64,000 bases of DNA from Thermoplasmata archaeon (GTDB lineage Archaea; Thermoplasmatota; Thermoplasmata; Lutacidiplasmatales; UBA184). Below, in pieces: positions 27,705 to 36,912 of this stretch. The DNA is taken from the NCBI GenBank assembly GCA_030037395.1, contig JASHRJ010000036.1:25690-89689 (forward strand), in the 5' to 3' direction. Position 1 is the stretch's first letter. Each line of letters begins with the position of its first letter. The notes beneath the pieces are model-generated. The model did no database searches, was not told where the DNA came from, and worked only from the letters and a program-made list of their open reading frames with translations. The translations under genes and the position numbers were made by a program.

Positions 27705-28061
27705 TTACCCTTGGGGCTGCTGGCATACCGGGCAGTAGACCGCCGCGCTCGAGATCAACGTCGCGCAGCGGGTGCAGTACTTCGCGTTCGGCGGAGGCGG
27801 GATCGCGGCGACCGCGCCGGGAACCGACGCGGCCGGGGCGGCGTAGGCCCCGGGCGGGACGATCGGGGCCATCGGGCGCGGGGCCGCTCCCAGCGGCGGG
27901 GCGGACGCCGCGGAGGGCGCCGGGCCCGGCGCGGTGGTACCGAGCGGGCGGGCCTCGGCGGCCGTCTGCGGCAGGGTGTAGCCGCACTTCGCGCAGAACA
28001 GCGCCCCCTCCTCGGCGAGCTCGCCGCAATGGAGGCAGACCGGCACGAGCCTCCGCAACAT
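27705..28061 (-). CDS. double zinc-ribbon protein (118 aa)
   Basis: CLHCG-x10-FCAKCG, a Pro/Ala linker, then CTRCA-x10-CPVC. It sits immediately upstream of rpp21. Confidence 0.6.
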   Translation of the reverse strand: MLRRLVPVCLHCGELAEEGALFCAKCGYTLPQTAAEARPLGTTAPGPAPSAASAPPLGAAPRPMAPIVPPGAYAAPAASVPGAVAAIPPPPNAKYCTRCATLISSAAVYCPVCQQPQG

Positions 28062-28065
28062 TAAT

Positions 28066-28078
28066 TCGCTATAGAGCC
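28066..28078. promoter_or_regulatory. TATA-like element (gctatagagc) between divergent starts
   Basis: Lies in a 30-nt gap between the minus start at 28061 and the plus GTG at 28092. It is too close to either start for a leaderless transcript. Confidence 0.3.
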
Positions 28079-28091
28079 GTCGGGTCCGACG

Positions 28092-28901
28092 GTGAGACAC
28101 CGGTCGGTCGCGCTCGTCACGCGGGACCCGGGGCTCTACCACGAGCTCGCGGGACTCCTTCGGGAACGGCGCTGGCCGTCGGTGAGCTTGCTCCCCGGCG
28201 ACCGGATCCCCGAGAGCGTCGCCGTCGTGCTCACGTCCGCCTCCGAACGTCGCGGGATCGACCACCCTAACGTGCTCGCCGTCTCGGGCGGGGGCGATCG
28301 CAGGGCGCTGGCCGCGGCGATCGCTCACGCGCTCGCGGCGCCGGACCCGTCGCACGACCTCGTGATCGGTCTCGACCCGGGACCCTTTCCGGGGTACGCG
28401 GTCCTCGCGGGGGGGACCTGCCTCGAGCAGGGCAACCTGGAGGCCCCCGAAGCGGTGGCAGCGCTCGCCGCGCAGCTCCGCCATCGCTTCCCGGCGCACC
28501 GGATCGTCTACCGGGTCGGCTCGGGAGACCCACCGGCCCGCAATCGCATCGTGAACGCGCTGCTCGAGCGACACCGGCCGGTCGAGCTCGTCAACGAGCG
28601 GGGGACCACGCCGAGGGGTCGACGCCGGCCCCGGGACGGGATGGCCGCGCGTCGGATCGGCGAAACGGAGGGTGCGCCGGTGCACGAGCCGCTGGTCGCC
28701 CCGATCACCGCCGGCGAGATCGCCAACGTCCAGCGGCTGAGCCGGATCGGGAGCGGAGGCCGGCTCACCATCTCGCGCAGCACCGCGCACCGCGTCCTCC
28801 GTGGCGAGGTGACCCTCGCGGAGGCGGTCGACCTGGCGATGGGCCAGAGCGGCGGCGCGCCGTCCGGCCGACGGCCGCGGAACTCCGGCCAACCGCTTTA
28901 A
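28092..28901 (+). CDS. hypothetical protein with RNase H-like (RuvC/YqgF-type) core motif
   Basis: LVIGLDPGPFPGYAVL resembles the resolvase/YqgF motif I (xGxDxGxxxxGxAx). The C-terminus is HhH-like (EIANVQRLSRIGSGGRL). GTG start. Confidence 0.5.
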   Translation: MRHRSVALVTRDPGLYHELAGLLRERRWPSVSLLPGDRIPESVAVVLTSASERRGIDHPNVLAVSGGGDRRALAAAIAHALAAPDPSHDLVIGLDPGPFPGYAVLAGGTCLEQGNLEAPEAVAALAAQLRHRFPAHRIVYRVGSGDPPARNRIVNALLERHRPVELVNERGTTPRGRRRPRDGMAARRIGETEGAPVHEPLVAPITAGEIANVQRLSRIGSGGRLTISRSTAHRVLRGEVTLAEAVDLAMGQSGGAPSGRRPRNSGQPL

Positions 28902-28923
28902 CTCGGGCCCGGGTCGCCGGCGC

Positions 28924-30654
28924 GTGGGGCTTCCCGAGGCCGTCGAGCTGCGCGCGCGCCGCGCGGTGCTCGAGAACGCCGTCGAGCACGAGGGCGAGGC
29001 GCGGACCGGCCCGGTGCTCGCCCGGCTTCTGGCCACCGACGCGTCGCTCCGTCCGCGGGCCGAGGAGCTGCGCTCGTTCGTGGCCGTTGCGGTCGCCGAG
29101 CTGCGGGGGGTACCGGTCGCCGAGCTCGCGGACCGGCTGGACCGTCTCGGCGGACCCGAGGCGTCCCGCCCGTCGGTCGCCCGCTCGGCGACCGGGACCT
29201 TCCCCGATCTGCCGGGGGCCGAACGGGGCAAGGTGGTCCTTCGGCTCGCCCCGTTCCCGAACGGCGTGCTCCATATCGGGCACGGCCGCCTGCTCTACGT
29301 GCACGATCACTATCGCCAGCAGTACGACGGGCGCATCCTGCTCGTCTTCGACGACACGATCGGATCCGACGAGAAGCGGGCCGAACCCGAGTTCTTCGAC
29401 CTGATCCAAGGCGACTGCGAGCTGGCGGGGGTCCGGCCGGACGCCGTCTACTACAAGTCGGACCGGATCCCGTCGCACTATCCGTGGGCCCGCCGCGTGA
29501 TCGAACACGGCGGTGCCTACGTCTGCCGGTGCCCGCCCGACCTCCTCCGGGAGAACCGCGCGGCCGGGCGGGCGTGCCCCGAGCGGAGCCAGGGACCGAC
29601 GGAAGCGCTCGAGGGGTGGGAGAAGATGCTCGCGAACGTCTACGGCCCGGGCGAGGCGGTCCTCCGGCTCCGGACCGACCTCGCGGAACCGGACCCGGCG
29701 TTCCGCGACCGGGTCCTGTTCCGCATCAGCGACCAGGCCCATCCTCGGGTCGGCACGAAGTACCGCGTTTGGCCGATGCTCGAGTTCTCCTGGGCAGTGG
29801 ACGACGTCGAGCTCGGGGTCACCCACGTCCTGCGGGGCAAGGAGCTCGTGATCGAGGACCGGATGCAGCGGTTCGTCTGGGACCTCCTCGGGATCCGGGG
29901 CCCGCCGTTCCTCCACTGGGGGCTGCTGCGGGTCCGCGAGGCGAAGGTGGCCAAGAGCAAGGCGAACCGAGAGGTCCGCAGCGGGGCCTACGACGGCTGG
30001 GCCGATCCCCGGACCTGGTCGCTCCGCTCGCTCGACCGGCGAGGGATCTCGATGGAGTCGCTGCGGGCGTTCATCCTGTCGTTCGGGATGTCGCTGACCG
30101 ACATCGACGTGCCCGCGGAGAGTCTCTATGCCGAGAACCGCAAGCGGATCGACGCGATCGCGCTCCGCCGCGCCTTCGTCTCCGCGCCGGTCCGGGTCGA
30201 CGTCGCCGGCTACCCGCTCGACCGCGGCGAGGTCACGCTTCCCAACCACCCCGATCGTCCGGAGCTGGGCGAGCGGACCGTCGCCGGCGGGCCGTCGTTC
30301 TACCTCGCGCGCCCGGACGCGGAGGCGCACGCCGGCGAGGAGGTCCGGCTGAAGGACCTGGTGAACGTCCGCCTGCCGCCCGCACCGTGGCCGGCGGGGA
30401 TCCCCGTGTCCGCCGAGTTCACGAGCCGGGAGAACCGCCGGCTTCCCCGGCTGCAGTGGGTCGGCACCGCCGACTCGGTACCGGTCGACGTGCTCCAGAT
30501 CGACGGGACCCACCTCGCCGGCGTCGGGGACCGCTCGCTGCGGACCGCCTTGCCGCGCGAGATCTTCCAGTTCGAAAGGGTCGGTTTCGTCCGGGTCGAC
30601 TCGGCCCCGCCGGCCCCCTCGGGCCCCCTCCGCGTCGTGTACGCGCACCCGTAG
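28924..30654 (+). CDS. gltX: glutamyl-tRNA synthetase (archaeal GluRS/GlnRS family)
   Basis: HIGH motif is PNGVLHIGHGR and the KMSKS-like motif is VAKSKAN. Length 576 aa. GTG start. Confidence 0.92.
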   Translation: MGLPEAVELRARRAVLENAVEHEGEARTGPVLARLLATDASLRPRAEELRSFVAVAVAELRGVPVAELADRLDRLGGPEASRPSVARSATGTFPDLPGAERGKVVLRLAPFPNGVLHIGHGRLLYVHDHYRQQYDGRILLVFDDTIGSDEKRAEPEFFDLIQGDCELAGVRPDAVYYKSDRIPSHYPWARRVIEHGGAYVCRCPPDLLRENRAAGRACPERSQGPTEALEGWEKMLANVYGPGEAVLRLRTDLAEPDPAFRDRVLFRISDQAHPRVGTKYRVWPMLEFSWAVDDVELGVTHVLRGKELVIEDRMQRFVWDLLGIRGPPFLHWGLLRVREAKVAKSKANREVRSGAYDGWADPRTWSLRSLDRRGISMESLRAFILSFGMSLTDIDVPAESLYAENRKRIDAIALRRAFVSAPVRVDVAGYPLDRGEVTLPNHPDRPELGERTVAGGPSFYLARPDAEAHAGEEVRLKDLVNVRLPPAPWPAGIPVSAEFTSRENRRLPRLQWVGTADSVPVDVLQIDGTHLAGVGDRSLRTALPREIFQFERVGFVRVDSAPPAPSGPLRVVYAHP

Positions 30655-30664
30655 GTCGAGGCCG

Positions 30665-30676
30665 ACGTTTTTCTAG
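30665..30676 (+). terminator. T-rich putative archaeal terminator
   Basis: cgacgtttttct lies 10 nt after the gltX stop. It is a rare T5 tract in a 70% GC genome. Confidence 0.35.
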
Positions 30677-30777
30677 ACCGCCCGGGCGTACTCGGCTGTC
30701 GATGGTGCCCGCGCGCCACGTCCGAACGGGCCTCGCGGGCGGGCGGGCGGACCTGGCCCGGAGGTAGAACGGTCGTC

Positions 30778-32010
30778 GTGTCGAGCAGGTCGGGCGACCC
30801 GTCCTCCCCGGACCGCCCTGCGCTGGGCGCCGTGTTCGTCGCGACGTTCTTCGTGCGGTTCGCCTTTGGGATCACGGTGGCGGTCTTCGCGAGCTACCTC
30901 GCGCGGCACGCCTCCGGGCTGACCGGCAGCGACGTTGGGACCGCCGGCGTGGTGAGCGCGCTCGCCCCGATCGGCGAGTTCTCCACCGTGCTGTTCAGCG
31001 GCGCGGCGGCCGACCGGTGGGGACGGTTCCCGGTCCTGTTCGGTGGCATGGCGGCCGCCGCGGCCCTGTTCGTGGGGATCTCGACCACCCGCTCGGTGGC
31101 CGCGCTGGGGGTGGCCAACCTCGCGTTCGGGGTCGCAAGCGGCGCGATCCTGGCCGCGAGCCTCGCCGTCGTCGCGGACCGCGCCGGGGCCGACGAGCGA
31201 GGGTACGAGATGGGTCGGTTCGACGCGATGAACCTGTTCGGCTGGATCGGAGGGTACGCCTTCGGTCTCGGCCTCGAGGGCGTCGTGCCGAACTCGGAGC
31301 TGGGGCTTGTCTTCCTCGGCGGGGCGGCGGCGATCGCCGCCGGGCTGGGGGCCGCCGCGGTCCTCGTCCGCGGCGTTCCCCGACCCCCGGATCGCCCCAC
31401 GTTCGCCTGGGGCCGGATCGTCCGCAGTGCCTTCCGTCGTCCGGTCCTGGTGGTGACGCTCCCCTGGCTCGTGATCTACAGCCTGCTCGGCACGGTGCTG
31501 GTCTTCCTCGGTCCCGCCGCCGGCGGGGTGGGGATCCGGCCGGGCTGGCTCGCGGTAGCGATCGGGGGCGTCGGCTCGCTCCTGGTGGTGACCCAGCCGG
31601 CGTTCGGCCGCCTCGCGGACCGGCTGGGACGGACGACGATGATGACGGTCGGCGCGGCCGGGTTCGGCCTCGCCCTGCTGTGCGCGGCGTTGCTGGTCCG
31701 GTTCGGGCTCAACTGGCCGCTCGTGGGGGGGGTCGGGGCCGGCGCGGCGATGGCGCTCGCCTACGGTCCGGCCGCTCTCGCCGCGCTCGCCGACCTGACC
31801 ACGGAGTTCGGGCGCGCGACCACGATGGCGATCTACTCGCTCACGATCTCGCTGGGGATGCTGATCGGCCTGGTGGCGTCGTCCAGCCTGTTCGCGAGCT
31901 TCGGGGAGGCAGGGCTCTACCCGTACTTCGGCGCCATCGCGCTCGTCCTCGTCGGCCTCACCGCCGTGCGGTGGACCGAGGGCCGCGCGGCTACGACTCC
32001 GGCTCGATGA
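30778..32010 (+). CDS. MFS transporter (12 TMS)
   Basis: Twelve hydrophobic helices. The MFS loop 2-3 motif is GAAADRWGRF. GTG start, with GGAGGT 12 nt upstream. Confidence 0.85.
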   Translation: MSSRSGDPSSPDRPALGAVFVATFFVRFAFGITVAVFASYLARHASGLTGSDVGTAGVVSALAPIGEFSTVLFSGAAADRWGRFPVLFGGMAAAAALFVGISTTRSVAALGVANLAFGVASGAILAASLAVVADRAGADERGYEMGRFDAMNLFGWIGGYAFGLGLEGVVPNSELGLVFLGGAAAIAAGLGAAAVLVRGVPRPPDRPTFAWGRIVRSAFRRPVLVVTLPWLVIYSLLGTVLVFLGPAAGGVGIRPGWLAVAIGGVGSLLVVTQPAFGRLADRLGRTTMMTVGAAGFGLALLCAALLVRFGLNWPLVGGVGAGAAMALAYGPAALAALADLTTEFGRATTMAIYSLTISLGMLIGLVASSSLFASFGEAGLYPYFGAIALVLVGLTAVRWTEGRAATTPAR

Positions 32011-32875
32011 CGAGGTGCCGGACGACAGGATAGGTGGTCCGGACGGCGAGCGACACCTGGTCGATCGCCGTCTCGAGCTGGTCGGTGGTCAGGCCGTCCT
32101 GGAAGTTGATCTTGAGGGCGACCAGGGCGTCGTCGGGCCCCAGCTGCATCGACTGCAGCGAGCGGACGCGCACGACCCGGGGATCGCGCTCCACCAGGGC
32201 CCAGATCTGCCCGGCGAGCGGCGGCGCCAGCGCGCGGCCGACCAGGTACTCCCGGCTCTCCCCGGTGAGGACGAAGCCCGTCGAGACCAAGAGGAACCCC
32301 TCCGCGGCGGCGACCGCCCCATCGATCGCATCCAGGTGCGTCTGGTAGATGGCTAGCAGGCCGCCCAGCGCGAGGGCCGCCCCGACGATCGCGATCACGT
32401 CCTGGTAGAAGACCGCCTTCAGCCCCTCGTGCGACGACTCCAGGAGCCCCTGCAGCGTAGCTCGGCCCAGGCGGAGCTCCCGCAGGGTCACCCAGACGCC
32501 GAGCAGGCTCACGCCGAGGGTCGCGGCGACGACGATCAGCGCGACCCGTAGGTCTTCGATCGGACGGGGGGCGAGGAGCTGGTCGAGCCCGGTGACGAGC
32601 GCGACGATGCCGGCGATCGTGAACGTCACCACGATCGAGACGAACGCCCAGAAGAACCGCTCCTTGCCGAAGCCGAACGGGTGCTGAAGATCGGCCGGCC
32701 GGCGCGACAGCCGGAGCCCCCACAGCAGGAGGGCGCTTCCGGTGAGATCGGTGACCGTCAGGATCGCCTCGGCCAGGACGGTTCGGCTCCCCGAGAGCAG
32801 GGCGATCCAGAGGTTGGCGACGAACAGCGTCGCGTTGAGGATCAGCGCGGTGGTCAGAATGACCTGCGGTCGCAT
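31991..32875 (-). CDS. cation diffusion facilitator (CDF) metal efflux transporter
   Basis: Six TM helices followed by a cytoplasmic domain. ATG at 32875 (MRPQVILTTALILN). Confidence 0.8.
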   Translation of the reverse strand: MRPQVILTTALILNATLFVANLWIALLSGSRTVLAEAILTVTDLTGSALLLWGLRLSRRPADLQHPFGFGKERFFWAFVSIVVTFTIAGIVALVTGLDQLLAPRPIEDLRVALIVVAATLGVSLLGVWVTLRELRLGRATLQGLLESSHEGLKAVFYQDVIAIVGAALALGGLLAIYQTHLDAIDGAVAAAEGFLLVSTGFVLTGESREYLVGRALAPPLAGQIWALVERDPRVVRVRSLQSMQLGPDDALVALKINFQDGLTTDQLETAIDQVSLAVRTTYPVVRHLVIEPES

Positions 32876-33013
32876 CGGACCCCGGGGGCCCCCCGGGCAC
32901 CTTGAGAACGGCGGGCGGGGCATTAAGGATGCGTCACGGACGGTACGTGCCCCGCCGGTCGGTGCCCGGACCAACCGTTAAATCGCGGCGGCCGGTCCGC
33001 TCGAGGGCATTCT

Positions 33014-33985
33014 GTGAGCGAGCCGTCCCCCCGGGTCCGGGAAGGCAGGCCGTCGGGGACGGGGAGATCCCCGGCCGCCGCGCGAGGGGCCCGACCTGCC
33101 CTCCGTAGCCTGGGGCTGCCGCCGGGCAAGCTCGCCCGCCTGAAGCGCCTGCTGTACGGGCACGGCCCCGGGGGAGGTACGCTGTTGGTCCTTCCGATCG
33201 ACCAGGGCCTCGAGCACGGGCCGGTCGACTTCTTCGCGAACCCGGACGCTCTCGATCCCCGCTACCAGTACGAGCTGGCTCGGGACGGTAGGTTCAGCGC
33301 GATCGCGCTCCACATCGGCCTTGCGGAGAAGTATTTCCACGAGTACGCCGGGGAGGTCCCGCTCATCCTCAAGCTGAACGGGAAGACGGCGATCCCGCCG
33401 GACGGCCAGGCGTTCAGCTCGCTCACCGGGACCGTCGAGGACGCGGTCCGGCTCGGCGCCGACGCGGTCGGCTACACGGTGTACGTCGGCTCCCCCGCAC
33501 AAGACCGCGACTTCCGTCAGCTGCTCGACGTCCGGCGGGACGCCGACCGGCTCGGGATGCCGTTGATCGTCTGGGCGTACCCGCGAGGCGAGGCGGTCGC
33601 CAAGAGGGGCGGGAAGGAGAGCCTGTACGCGATCGACTACGCGGCCCGGGTCGCGCTCGAGCTCGGCGCGGACATCGTCAAGGTCAACTATCCGGTCGCC
33701 TCCGAGAAGGACGCCGAGAGCCCGCCGCCGTACAACACCCTCCGCCTCCCTCCCGAGGAAGCGTTCCACAAGGTCGTGGAGAGCGCCGGCCGCGCCCTCG
33801 TCCTGGTCTCGGGCGGCGAGAAGGTCCCGGACGCGGAGCTGCTCGGCAAGGTGCGGTCGTCGATGGACGCCGGGGCGACCGGCATCATCTTCGGCCGGAA
33901 CATGTGGCAGCGCCCTCGGGACGAGGCGCTGCGGATGACCCGGGAACTGCATGCGATCTTCCGCGAGTACGCGCAGCCCCCCTGA
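33014..33985 (+). CDS. class I fructose-bisphosphate aldolase family protein (DhnA/FbaB-type; archaeal FBA or ADH synthase)
   Basis: LVLPIDQGLEHGP, VYVGS and the Schiff-base region IVKVNYP match the archaeal class I aldolase pattern. Confidence 0.8.
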   Translation: MSEPSPRVREGRPSGTGRSPAAARGARPALRSLGLPPGKLARLKRLLYGHGPGGGTLLVLPIDQGLEHGPVDFFANPDALDPRYQYELARDGRFSAIALHIGLAEKYFHEYAGEVPLILKLNGKTAIPPDGQAFSSLTGTVEDAVRLGADAVGYTVYVGSPAQDRDFRQLLDVRRDADRLGMPLIVWAYPRGEAVAKRGGKESLYAIDYAARVALELGADIVKVNYPVASEKDAESPPPYNTLRLPPEEAFHKVVESAGRALVLVSGGEKVPDAELLGKVRSSMDAGATGIIFGRNMWQRPRDEALRMTRELHAIFREYAQPP

Positions 33986-34523
33986 GCCGCCGGTCCGGCT
34001 CTACGTGCTCGTCGTCGGCGACGACCATCCGCGCGCGTGCACCGGTCGCCGGCTTCTCCGGCGGGGGCTCGCCCGGCGGGGAGAGCGGCTCCCGGCCTTC
34101 GCCCCGGCGCCGATCCTCCTCGATCCGTACGCCCGGATCCCGCTCTCGGGGGCGGATCGGGCCCGGGCGTCCGCGGGGGGCCTCCTCGCCGTCGACTGCT
34201 CCTGGAACCGGCTCTCCGCGCGGCAGGGGCGCGGGGGGCCGGAGGCCCCTGGGGCCCGGCGGGGACCGAGCCGTAGGCTGCCGATGCTGCTCGCGGCGAA
34301 CCCGCAGCACTACGGCCGGCTCGCTGAGCTGAACACGGTCGAGGCGCTCGCGGCCGCACTGGCGGTGCTCGGCCGTCGCGCCGAGGCGGTGGAGCTGCTG
34401 CGGGGGTTTGCCGGCGGCCCCGCGTTCCTCGAGGTCAACCTCGCGCGCCTGGCCCGCTACGCCGCCGCTCCTACCGCCGAGACGGTCACCGAGGTGGAGC
34501 GGGCGTCGTTCACCGCGCTCTAA
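33951..34523 (+). CDS. tsr3: Tsr3 (SSU rRNA aminocarboxypropyltransferase, DUF367)
   Basis: LYVLVVGDDHPRACTGRRL, AVDCSWN and LLAANPQHYG...NTVEALAAAL match Tsr3. It overlaps the aldolase 3' end by 35 nt. Confidence 0.75.
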   Translation: MRSSASTRSPPEPPVRLYVLVVGDDHPRACTGRRLLRRGLARRGERLPAFAPAPILLDPYARIPLSGADRARASAGGLLAVDCSWNRLSARQGRGGPEAPGARRGPSRRLPMLLAANPQHYGRLAELNTVEALAAALAVLGRRAEAVELLRGFAGGPAFLEVNLARLARYAAAPTAETVTEVERASFTAL

Positions 34524-34892
34524 GCGACGCGGGCCCCTAGGTACCCCGCCGACCGTCCGCCCCCGTCGATCGCCTGCCCGGAGCCGGCGGTTCCGGTCGG
34601 GGCCGGCGCGCCTCCGCGCGTCGCGGCCGGACCCCACCGGCGGTCGCGCCGCGGGCGGCGCTCCTCGGCGGACCCCCGGCCGATGCCGCGAGGCGATCGC
34701 CCGCGGCCCGGGGAAGATGCGGGGGGCCGGAGTTCCCGGCGGCCGGTCGATCCGGCCGTGCCGCCGTTTGAACCGGCGCATGCCCTAGGCAACAGGGTCC
34801 TAAGCCCTGCCTCGCTGACCCCCTCGGGTGGTCCCGACGGCTTGGCCGAGCTGGAGCACCCCCGCACCGGAAGCGCGACGTGGCGGCCGGAG

Positions 34893-34999
34893 TAGCCCCG
34901 GCAGGAGTTCCGGCCGCAGGGGCGAATCGGGCCCGCGGCGTTCGAACCTGCGTCGCGAGATCCAGAGTCTCGCATGATTGGCCACTACACCACGGGGCT
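34893..34999 (-). tRNA. tRNA-Gln (CUG) with a 34-nt non-canonical intron between positions 60 and 61
   Basis: The 5' exon AGCCCCG-TG-D arm-CGAGA/CUCUGGA/UCUCG-CGAC-GCAGG-UUCGAAC is canonical. The 3' exon CCUGC-CGGGGCU-A lies 34 nt further on (intron 34906-34939). Length is 107 nt, i.e. 73 plus 34. Confidence 0.65.
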
Positions 35000-35020
35000 A
35001 CGGCGCTGCCAGCGGAAGCC

Positions 35021-35034
35021 CGTTCATAAGAGTT
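35021..35034 (-). promoter_or_regulatory. TATA-like box for tRNA-Gln
   Basis: The reverse complement AACTCTTATGAACGG lies 24-32 nt upstream of the tRNA 5' end. Confidence 0.4.
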
Positions 35035-35152
35035 GTCGGAGCGAACGGCCCGCCGGCGTCCCCGGGCGGAGCCACCGGCGCGGCGCCACCTGCCCCAAAT
35101 ACTCCGGCGCGGGTGGGCGGCTCGGCGCCCGAGGGGGGGTCGGGCCGAGGGG

Positions 35153-36907
35153 ATGACAACGCCCTTCCCGAGCGCAGCGCCCGCCGTGGTCGCGCGCGCG
35201 CGTCGGTTCCCGCTCGCGCCGGTGCTGTACGTCGCGCTGCCGCTCGTGACGGTCACGGTGGCCGCGGCGGGCGGCCAGCTCTCCGCGGCCGGCGTCGCGG
35301 GCTACCTCCCGACGGCGAGCGTGGACGTCCTCTACTCGTTTCTGCGCATGTCCGCGGCCTACGCGTTGTCGCTCGGCTTCGCGTTGGCCTACGGCTACTA
35401 CGCCGCGACGCACCGCGGCGGGGAGCGGGTGATGGTCCCGGTCCTGGACATCCTGCAGTCGGTCCCGATCCTGGGCTTCTTCCCGATCGTCATCGTCGTA
35501 TTCGTCAACCTGACCGGGCCGGGAACGTTCCTCGGCCCGAACCTCGCCTCCGTCTTCCTGATCTTCACCTCGATGTCCTGGAACATGGTCTTCGGGGTCT
35601 ACGAGTCGCTCCGCAGCGTACCGAACGATCTTCGCGAGGCGGCCGACACGTTCCGCCTGCGGGGCTGGCGGCGGTTCCGTCGCGTCCTCTTTCCGGCGAC
35701 CGTCAACCGGCTCGTGTACAATTCGGTCCTCTCATGGACCGGCGGATGGTTCTTCCTCGTCGAGGCCGAGATCTTCACGACGAACAGCTCGAGCCACACC
35801 GCCCTGCCGGGGATCGGGAGCCTCCTCTCGTTCGCCGCCGCGAGCGGCAACCGCGACGAGTTCGTCGCGGGCATGCTGCTGCTCGTGGCCGTCATCGTCC
35901 TGCTGGACTTCGCGCTGTGGCGCCCGCTGGGGCGGTGGGCGGACCGGTTCCGCTACGACCAGAGCCCGTCCGGGGAGACCGACCTCCTCGAGAGCCGGGG
36001 CGGGGCGGGCCGCCTGCGGCGCGCCGCTTCCGCGGTCACCCGGGGGGTCCGAACCGGGATGACGCGGATCAGCACCCCGTTCGTCCAGCTCGCGGCGATC
36101 CGGCTGCGGCCCAGCCGGCGGGCCGGCTCCGGTCGGGGGGCGTGGGCGTACTACGTCTCGCTCGGGGCGGTCCTCGTCGTCGCGTGGTTCATCCTGATCG
36201 CGATCGCCGTCGGGGTCTACGGGGTCCTCCGCGGGCCGATCCCGGGAGGCGTCCGAGCGCAGATCCTCCAGGTTCCGCTCGCGATGGCCGCCTCGCTGGG
36301 GCGGGTGACCGCCGCCTACCTCATCTGCCTCGCGATCGCCCTACCGCTCGCGATCGGCGTCGCCCGGCGGGCGCGCGCCGCCCGCGTCGGGCTGCCGGTG
36401 ATCGAGGTCGTCGCCTCCTTCCCGGCGACGGCGCTGTTCCCGCTGATCGTCTTTGGCCTGGTGCCGTACCTCGGCGAGCAGGGAGTGGCGCTCCTGATGC
36501 TGCTCACCGGGATGATCTGGTACCTTTTCTTCAACCTGCTCGCCGGCGCCCGCTCGCTCCCGCCGGATCTGGAGGAGGCGGCCCGCTCCTACGGCGTCAC
36601 CGGCCGCGGCTTCGTCCGGCGGGTCCTCCTGCCGAGCCTTTTCCCGGCGCTGGTCACCGGCTCGATCACCGCCTTCGGGGGCGGGTGGAACACGCTGATC
36701 GTCGCGGAGTACCTCAACGTGAACTCCACGCACTCCCTCAGCGTCCTCGGCATCGGCCAGATGATCGACATTGGCTACGCGGAGGCGCACGGGCTCCCGC
36801 TGATGGTGACGGCGCTCCTCACGCTCGTCGCCTCGGTGATCGCCATCAACGAGCTTTTGTGGAAACCCCTGTACCGCCGAGCCGTCGAGCGGTTCCGCTA
36901 CGACTGA
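35153..36907 (+). CDS. ABC transporter permease with tandem-duplicated transmembrane domains (NitT/TauT type)
   Basis: Two EAA loops are present (SLRSVPNDLREAADTFRLRGW and GARSLPPDLEEAARSYGVTGR), each with 6 TM helices. ATG at 35153. Confidence 0.85.
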   Translation: MTTPFPSAAPAVVARARRFPLAPVLYVALPLVTVTVAAAGGQLSAAGVAGYLPTASVDVLYSFLRMSAAYALSLGFALAYGYYAATHRGGERVMVPVLDILQSVPILGFFPIVIVVFVNLTGPGTFLGPNLASVFLIFTSMSWNMVFGVYESLRSVPNDLREAADTFRLRGWRRFRRVLFPATVNRLVYNSVLSWTGGWFFLVEAEIFTTNSSSHTALPGIGSLLSFAAASGNRDEFVAGMLLLVAVIVLLDFALWRPLGRWADRFRYDQSPSGETDLLESRGGAGRLRRAASAVTRGVRTGMTRISTPFVQLAAIRLRPSRRAGSGRGAWAYYVSLGAVLVVAWFILIAIAVGVYGVLRGPIPGGVRAQILQVPLAMAASLGRVTAAYLICLAIALPLAIGVARRARAARVGLPVIEVVASFPATALFPLIVFGLVPYLGEQGVALLMLLTGMIWYLFFNLLAGARSLPPDLEEAARSYGVTGRGFVRRVLLPSLFPALVTGSITAFGGGWNTLIVAEYLNVNSTHSLSVLGIGQMIDIGYAEAHGLPLMVTALLTLVASVIAINELLWKPLYRRAVERFRYD

Positions 36908-36912
36908 CCGGG

